NCBI GenBank assembly: GCA_013285655.1
Contig: JABDHI010000002.1
Coordinates: 9,117-73,116 of the forward strand
From: Bacteroidota bacterium
Lineage (GTDB): Bacteria > Bacteroidota > Bacteroidia > JABEUT01
Length of the DNA stretch: 64,000 bases
Direction of reading: 5' to 3'
Made by a program: the position numbers and the translations under genes. The notes below the pieces were generated by a model. That model was not told the DNA's origin. It saw only the letters and a list, made by a program, of their open reading frames with translations, and did no database searches. Positions 58,504-64,000 of this stretch are shown here, piece by piece; within the stretch, counting starts at the first letter, position 1, and the number at the start of each line of letters is the position of its first letter.

Positions 58504-60750
58504 ATGAAGAAATTAATTACAGCTATTGCCATTTTAGCAGCCTCTTTATCAGCAATAGGTCAGGCTCCTACTAAGTTTGATTTTTACCTGGCACAAAAAC
58601 AAGCAGCCGTTATCCGACATACTTTGGATGACTCACAAGTAATAGAAGTGCTGGTGAAAGGTAAGATTGAGACCATTAAAGAACTGGTGAACAAAAACCA
58701 TGGAGTTTTCAAATACTCGTATGGTAATATTGCAGCTATACGCATACCATTAAATGCATTGTCAGACTTTTACCTTAGCTCTTCTATAATACGTATGGAA
58801 GGCGCACCGCCACATATTAGGCCTTGTAACGACACTATGCGTGTACATGCACATATAGTAGATGTACAAATGGGCGTTGCTCCGCTTACCCAGCCTTATA
58901 AAGGCAAGGGCGTGATAGTAGGCATGATAGATTCCGGGATAGATTTTGTACACGCCGATTTTAGAGACAGCGTTGGCAACAGCCGCATACTGGCTATATG
59001 GGATATGACTAAAAATGCTAACCAATTCACCCCTTTCCCATATGGTTATGGCCAGGAATGGGACAAACCAACTTTAGATACGGCATTAGCTCATAATAAT
59101 CTCTCGGTTATCAAATCAATGGACTCTTCCTCTGCTTTAGAATATGGACATGGTAGCCATGTATCAGGCGTTGCAACGGCTAATGGCAGGGCTAATGGCC
59201 TTAGCATTGGTGCAGCACCCGAAGCTGATATTATGGCTGTAGTTTACAATTTCAGTAACCAAACCAATAATGAAATGACCGATGCCACCAGCTTTTTATT
59301 CAATAAAGCTACAGCATTAGGCAAGCCGTGTGTGATTAATGCCAGCCTTGGCGACTACGATGGTTCACACGATGGCTTTGACCTTCAGGCGCAAATGATA
59401 GATAGTATGATAACGGCTCAGCCGGGAAGGGTGTTTGTTGCCGCATCAGGCAATGAAAGTAATATACCATACCACGTTGGATATAATTTAATTAAGGGTG
59501 ATACCAATTTTACATGGTTTGCTCCTTTTAGTTATGACGGCAATGTTATTTATTACGATGCCTGGGCCGATACGGCCAATTTTAGTAAGGTACAATTTGC
59601 CATTGGTGTTGATCGCATAAGCCCTTATTCTTTTATTACCCGTACTGCATTTTCTACGGTCCTCAGTCAACCTGGAGTTATAGTTACCGACACCATTAAG
59701 AACAGTAACGGAGAGCGAATTGGCGTGTTGCAAACATATACCCAACTTGTTGGTAATACTTATTCACTTCAAGTTCAAATCACCCCTGATTCAATACAAA
59801 ATGGTAAAATTGGTATCGACTCCTCTTACTATTGGAGTTTGATCACCACCGGCACCGGCAGAATAGATTGCTGGTACCCCGACCCTACCCCTATTGTAAA
59901 TTCAGGCTTGCCAACCTCACTGCAATATCCAGAAATTAAGAACTACAAAATGCCTGACACAATTTCTACATTGTGTAGTAGCTACCAATGCTCACCACAC
60001 GTTATAACTGTAGGTGATTTTTATAATCGCAGAGGCTTTATTGATTATGATACTACACTACATATTTTATATGGCAATAGTGTTAGCATGGGTCAATTAA
60101 CCGGTTATTCTGGCGTTGGCCCAACAAGAGATGGAAGAACAAAACCCGATATCACTTCTGCTGGTGATTTCTGTATGTCAGTATTAGCTACGCCGCTCCG
60201 ACAGCTTTATATCAATAATGCTCCCGGCAATATCGATACCGGTGGTTTCCATGCTTATGACGGAGGAACATCAACTGCATGCCCGGGTGTAGCCGGTGTC
60301 GCTGCTCTATATCTACAAATGTACCCAACGGCAACTGCTGCTGATGTAAAGAATGCCATCATCATGTGTTCGGACCAGGACAGCTTTACCGGTGCAACAC
60401 CTAACAACCATTACGGCTATGGCAAGGTTGATGCGTTTAAGGCGCTCACGGGTTGTGCCCCAACCAGTGTGCAAAAAATAACAATGCCGCTAACTTCACT
60501 GTATGCTTATCCTAACCCAACGAAAAGTTCAACGAGCATTGATTATGATTTTTCTTCAGTCAGTGAATATTGCACTGCATCAATTTTATTTTATGACGTA
60601 ATGGGTAAAAATGTAAAAAGTGTAGAGTTAAAGAATCAGAAAGGCACTGTTACAGTAAACTCAACAGGAATGGCTGCAGGCACCTATTTTTATAGTCTTG
60701 TAGTTGACAACAAAAGAATGAACACAGAAAAATTATCGGTAGTAAAATAA
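58504..60750 (+). CDS. S8 (subtilisin-like) serine peptidase with a T9SS C-terminal sorting domain
   Basis: Asp (GMIDSGID), His (HGSHVSG) and Ser (GGTSTACPGVAG) motifs. CTD: LYAYPNP...GTYFYSLVVD...KLSVVK. Confidence 0.9.
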   Translation: MKKLITAIAILAASLSAIGQAPTKFDFYLAQKQAAVIRHTLDDSQVIEVLVKGKIETIKELVNKNHGVFKYSYGNIAAIRIPLNALSDFYLSSSIIRMEGAPPHIRPCNDTMRVHAHIVDVQMGVAPLTQPYKGKGVIVGMIDSGIDFVHADFRDSVGNSRILAIWDMTKNANQFTPFPYGYGQEWDKPTLDTALAHNNLSVIKSMDSSSALEYGHGSHVSGVATANGRANGLSIGAAPEADIMAVVYNFSNQTNNEMTDATSFLFNKATALGKPCVINASLGDYDGSHDGFDLQAQMIDSMITAQPGRVFVAASGNESNIPYHVGYNLIKGDTNFTWFAPFSYDGNVIYYDAWADTANFSKVQFAIGVDRISPYSFITRTAFSTVLSQPGVIVTDTIKNSNGERIGVLQTYTQLVGNTYSLQVQITPDSIQNGKIGIDSSYYWSLITTGTGRIDCWYPDPTPIVNSGLPTSLQYPEIKNYKMPDTISTLCSSYQCSPHVITVGDFYNRRGFIDYDTTLHILYGNSVSMGQLTGYSGVGPTRDGRTKPDITSAGDFCMSVLATPLRQLYINNAPGNIDTGGFHAYDGGTSTACPGVAGVAALYLQMYPTATAADVKNAIIMCSDQDSFTGATPNNHYGYGKVDAFKALTGCAPTSVQKITMPLTSLYAYPNPTKSSTSIDYDFSSVSEYCTASILFYDVMGKNVKSVELKNQKGTVTVNSTGMAAGTYFYSLVVDNKRMNTEKLSVVK

Positions 60751-60753
60751 CGT

Positions 60754-61032
60754 ATGAAGAATTTTGTAGAGAAAGCCTTTAATATTTCGTTAGTAATGGG
60801 TGCCCTTGCCGTAATTTTCTGCCTGGCAAGCATGAGCAAAGCCGTACTTATATTTGGCTCCTTAGGTGCTGGGTTTATAGGATTTGTGCTTTGCTGCATG
60901 AGCATCATATTCACCCAAAAATTCAACTTAAAAGAAAAGCCTGCGGGCATGATGATATTGAGCCTGTTCTTAAACTCAGTGCCTTTGTTTTACATGATGG
61001 TACAAATAATATCGAACCAGGGTGGCAAGTAA
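60754..61032 (+). CDS. 92-aa hydrophobic membrane protein, unknown function
   Basis: Three hydrophobic segments. 3 nt after the S8 stop and 6 nt before the recQ start. Confidence 0.45.
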   Translation: MKNFVEKAFNISLVMGALAVIFCLASMSKAVLIFGSLGAGFIGFVLCCMSIIFTQKFNLKEKPAGMMILSLFLNSVPLFYMMVQIISNQGGK

Positions 61033-61038
61033 GCCTGC

Positions 61039-62946
61039 ATGGAAAACATTACGCAAATACTTACCCGCTATTGGGGGCATACTCACTTTCGCCCCTTACA
61101 GGAAGATATCATCAACTCTGCCTTAGCCGGTAAAGATACCCTTGCCCTATTACCTACTGGCGGAGGGAAATCGCTGTGTTTTCAAATACCTGCACTTGCA
61201 CAAGAAGGCATTTGCATAGTTGTTTCTCCACTAATAGCCCTAATGAAGGACCAGGTGGAATTTCTTTTAAGTAAAGGAATCCGTGCTGCCATGTTACATT
61301 CATTCATGACGAGTAGGGAAATAGATATTACATTGGATAACTGCATACACGGTAATTACAAATTCCTGTACGTATCGCCCGAACGCCTAACCACCGATAT
61401 TTTTATTGCACGGGTAAAGCAAATGAATGTAAACCTTATTGCAGTAGATGAAGCGCATTGTATTTCCCAATGGGGCTATGATTTCAGGCCTGCTTACTTA
61501 CAGATAACAGAACTAAGAGTTTTACTGCCTAAAGTGCCTATTATGGCACTTACTGCTAGTGCTACACCAGAGGTGGTTGCTGACATTCAAAAGAAGCTTG
61601 AGTTTAAAGAGGAGAATGCCATACGATTAAGCTTTGAAAGAAAAAACATTGCTTACGTAGTACAAAAGGAAGAAGACAAAGCAGCAAGATTATTAAAACT
61701 GGTAAACAACATTAAGGGCTCCGGTATTATCTATGTTCGAAACAGAAGAAAGACTGAAGAGGTCGCTTTGTTCTTAAGGCAAAATGGTGTATCGGCCGAT
61801 TTTTACCACGCAGGCTTGCCCCACGATGCACGCAGTGGCAGACAGGAAGCATGGCTGAATGATAGATTACGTGTTATTGTTTGTACCAATGCATTTGGCA
61901 TGGGTATAAATAAACCTAATGTGCGTTTTGTAGTGCATCTCGATCTTCCTGATAGTCTTGAAGCTTATTTTCAGGAAGCAGGCCGTGCTGGTAGAGATGA
62001 GAAGAAAGCTTTTGCCGTTTTATTCTATAATGAAACTGACCGCATTAACCTGGAAAGAAACATCGACCACGCTTTCCCGCCGGTTGATGAGGTTAAGAAA
62101 ACCTATATAGCGCTTTGCAACTATTACAATATGTCAATTGGTTCGGGCAAGGGTAGCACTCACGATTTTGACATTACTGAATTTTGCAAACACTTTGCAT
62201 TAGAACCCAACGTGGTTGTCAACAGCATAAAGTTCTTGGAGAAGGAAGGTTATATAATGGCTACCGAGTCTTTCTACCGGCCATCGAAGGTACATATATT
62301 AATATCGAACAAAGACATCTACCGCTTCCAGGTAGAGCATCCTAATTATGACGCGTTTGTAAAACTACTACTACGCTCTTACGAAGGCATATTTAGCAAT
62401 TATGTGCCTATTAACGAATACAATCTAGCCAAACGATCTACACTTAAAGAAGAAGAAGTAAAGAACCTCCTGTTGCGATTAGATAAGATGACCGTCATAT
62501 CATACATCCCGCAATCGAGCAAGCCACAAATAATATATACCGAAGACGCATTGCATCCGGGTAACGTGCTCATATCAAAACAAAACTATACCGAACGAAA
62601 AGAGCGAGCTATACAGCGCATGGAATGGGTAATACACTATGTAACCAATACCCGCAAATGCAGGAGCGAATTGCTCCTGTCTTACTTTGGCGAAACGGAA
62701 GAAGTGCGTTGCGGAATATGCGATGTTTGTCTTGAACGCAATAAGCTTGAATTAAGTGATCTTGAATTTGCCACTATTGCAGCCCAATTAAAAGAGAAGT
62801 TGGGCAAAAGCCCAATGGACCTAACCGCATTGGTACATAGCGTAAAACAAGTGCGAGAAGACAAGATCATTAAGACCGTGCAATGGCTTATGGATAACGG
62901 TAAAATAGAAAATGACGAAGAGAATAAACTCGTCTGGAAGAAATAA
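61039..62946 (+). CDS. recQ: RecQ-family ATP-dependent DNA helicase
   Basis: LPTGGGKSLCFQIPA, DEAHCISQWGYDFRP, and C..C..C (CRSELLLSYFGE...CGICDVC). Confidence 0.9.
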   Translation: MENITQILTRYWGHTHFRPLQEDIINSALAGKDTLALLPTGGGKSLCFQIPALAQEGICIVVSPLIALMKDQVEFLLSKGIRAAMLHSFMTSREIDITLDNCIHGNYKFLYVSPERLTTDIFIARVKQMNVNLIAVDEAHCISQWGYDFRPAYLQITELRVLLPKVPIMALTASATPEVVADIQKKLEFKEENAIRLSFERKNIAYVVQKEEDKAARLLKLVNNIKGSGIIYVRNRRKTEEVALFLRQNGVSADFYHAGLPHDARSGRQEAWLNDRLRVIVCTNAFGMGINKPNVRFVVHLDLPDSLEAYFQEAGRAGRDEKKAFAVLFYNETDRINLERNIDHAFPPVDEVKKTYIALCNYYNMSIGSGKGSTHDFDITEFCKHFALEPNVVVNSIKFLEKEGYIMATESFYRPSKVHILISNKDIYRFQVEHPNYDAFVKLLLRSYEGIFSNYVPINEYNLAKRSTLKEEEVKNLLLRLDKMTVISYIPQSSKPQIIYTEDALHPGNVLISKQNYTERKERAIQRMEWVIHYVTNTRKCRSELLLSYFGETEEVRCGICDVCLERNKLELSDLEFATIAAQLKEKLGKSPMDLTALVHSVKQVREDKIIKTVQWLMDNGKIENDEENKLVWKK

Positions 62947-62955
62947 AAAACTTCT

Positions 62956-63675
62956 CTATTTCTTATAGGGCACCAGGTAATTACCTTCCATTATTGGCAC
63001 TACCGGGGCCTGATCAAGCTTTAAGCAGAACTTAATATCTTCCTGCAGGTTCAACTTTGCCAAGCGCTTAAAGTGAGATGAATTTTCCATAAAACCATAC
63101 ATATCGTGTTGGGCCAATTCATACAACGACTTTGATGCCATAGTCGAATCGTAATTGGTTTCAAACATACCGGTGCTATCAAGCTTTGATGCAATTGCGC
63201 CAGCACACAGTGTATCCTCCAGGTTAAAAATATCTTTCCAACCGGCACATAGTAATATGATATTCTTACGTTGCACTGCCAACCATTGGCATAATGCAGT
63301 AAGGTTTAAAAACGAACCAATGGTAATTTTATACGCATCTCGCGCTACACGAATAGCCTGTGTACCGTTAGTTGTAGTAAATACAATAACCTTGCCCCTC
63401 AGCTTCGGTTGCATATATTCAAATGGCGAATTACCCAAGTCGAAACCCTCTACCCTGTTAGCCTGGCGCTCCGCAGCTACTAAAAATCCTTTCGATTGAA
63501 AATCACGGGCCTCAACAACTGAAGCTACAGGCAATATTTTTTCAACTCCGTAATGCAGAGCGGTACACATAGAAGAAGTAGCACGTAAAACGTCAATAAC
63601 AACTACTATACACTCTTCGTGCGGGTATAATGAAAATGAATGGGGTGAAAAGCAAACTTCGATTGTATTCTTCAT
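62956..63675 (-). CDS. comB: 2-phosphosulfolactate phosphatase (ComB) family protein
   Basis: VVVIDVLRATSSMCTAL...FDLGNSP. Confidence 0.75.
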   Translation of the reverse strand: MKNTIEVCFSPHSFSLYPHEECIVVVIDVLRATSSMCTALHYGVEKILPVASVVEARDFQSKGFLVAAERQANRVEGFDLGNSPFEYMQPKLRGKVIVFTTTNGTQAIRVARDAYKITIGSFLNLTALCQWLAVQRKNIILLCAGWKDIFNLEDTLCAGAIASKLDSTGMFETNYDSTMASKSLYELAQHDMYGFMENSSHFKRLAKLNLQEDIKFCLKLDQAPVVPIMEGNYLVPYKK

Positions 63676-63677
63676 AC

Positions 63678-64000
63678 TTATGCCTGTTTATAAAATGGAG
63701 TCTTTACTACAACTGCTTTTATCAATTTGTCACGTATCTTAATATATATTTCGGTATCAGGTTTTGTCAGCTCTGTCTTAACATAACCCATGCCAATTGC
63801 CTTTTGTAACGATGGTGATTGTGTACCCGAAGTTACAACCCCAATAACAGTCCCTTGCGCATCTGTAATTTCGTAACCGTGGCGAGGAATACCCTTATCT
63901 ATCATTGTAAAACCAACAAGCTTTCGTTTTACTCCGGTGTTCTTTTGCTCGAGTAACGCTTTTGAATTGGTAAACTCCTTAGTGAATTTAGTTATCCCAC
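63678..64000 (-). CDS. gcvT: Glycine cleavage system aminomethyltransferase GcvT, C-terminal part (5' end off the window)
   Basis: The frame stays open upstream of the track's Met: ...[20 protein letters not shown]...GMGYV. Confidence 0.85.
   Translation of the reverse strand, partial: GITKFTKEFTNSKALLEQKNTGVKRKLVGFTMIDKGIPRHGYEITDAQGTVIGVVTSGTQSPSLQKAIGMGYVKTELTKPDTEIYIKIRDKLIKAVVVKTPFYKQA

Noticed and set aside
1-64000. Scan for tRNA, rRNA, tmRNA, RNase P, SRP RNA, riboswitch cores, IS elements, integrases and toxin-antitoxin or defence genes.
   Set aside because: I found no matching conserved cores (for example GGTTCGAATCC-type T-arms or RNase P GGAAAGTCCGG) and no transposase or integrase-like ORFs by eye. 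A covariance-model scan could still find structured RNAs I cannot recognise by eye.

Overview
This 64-kb chromosomal segment looks like Bacteroidota. It has T9SS C-terminal sorting domains, a PorP/SprF gene, DUF4199/DUF4835/DUF4154-type genes, TAnnTTTG -7 boxes close to start codons, and no Shine-Dalgarno sequences. The core is one uninterrupted minus-strand ribosomal-protein supercluster, rpsL-rpsG-fusA-rpsJ...rpoA-rplQ (23155 down to 4846). I translated two short genes in it by hand, rpmJ and rpmD, which are missing from the ORF track. The flanks hold LPS-type glycosyltransferases (1-3245), envelope/T9SS-related genes (25.4-36.1 kb), and a bamD-rpoZ-coaBC-DUF4835 block. They also hold a polysaccharide locus abutting zapA-rny (43.4-52.7 kb), then hisS-hutH, an S8 protease, recQ, comB and gcvT. 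I saw no rRNA, tRNA, CRISPR array, transposase, integrase or recognisable defence genes. I do not see a convincing new multi-gene system, and most of the window is housekeeping. The best leads are: (1) an inverted-repeat cassette carrying a four-helix-bundle (23S-IVS/Avd-like) ORF inside a glycosyltransferase operon, with an ORF-less hairpin copy of the same repeat at 55.3 kb. (2) An M1 zinc peptidase fused to an Omp85-like C-terminal beta-barrel. (3) A 189-aa protein with a clan-CD (caspase/CHAT-like) His/Cys pattern, translationally coupled to a TMTC-like GT-C/TPR membrane protein. (4) A frameshift at an A5/T5 run that cuts off the conserved C-terminus of hutH. (5) A nested-palindrome repeat present twice. 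(6) A 5 x 9-bp tandem repeat abutting the TTG start of hisS. All family calls rest on motif recognition by eye; no searches were run.
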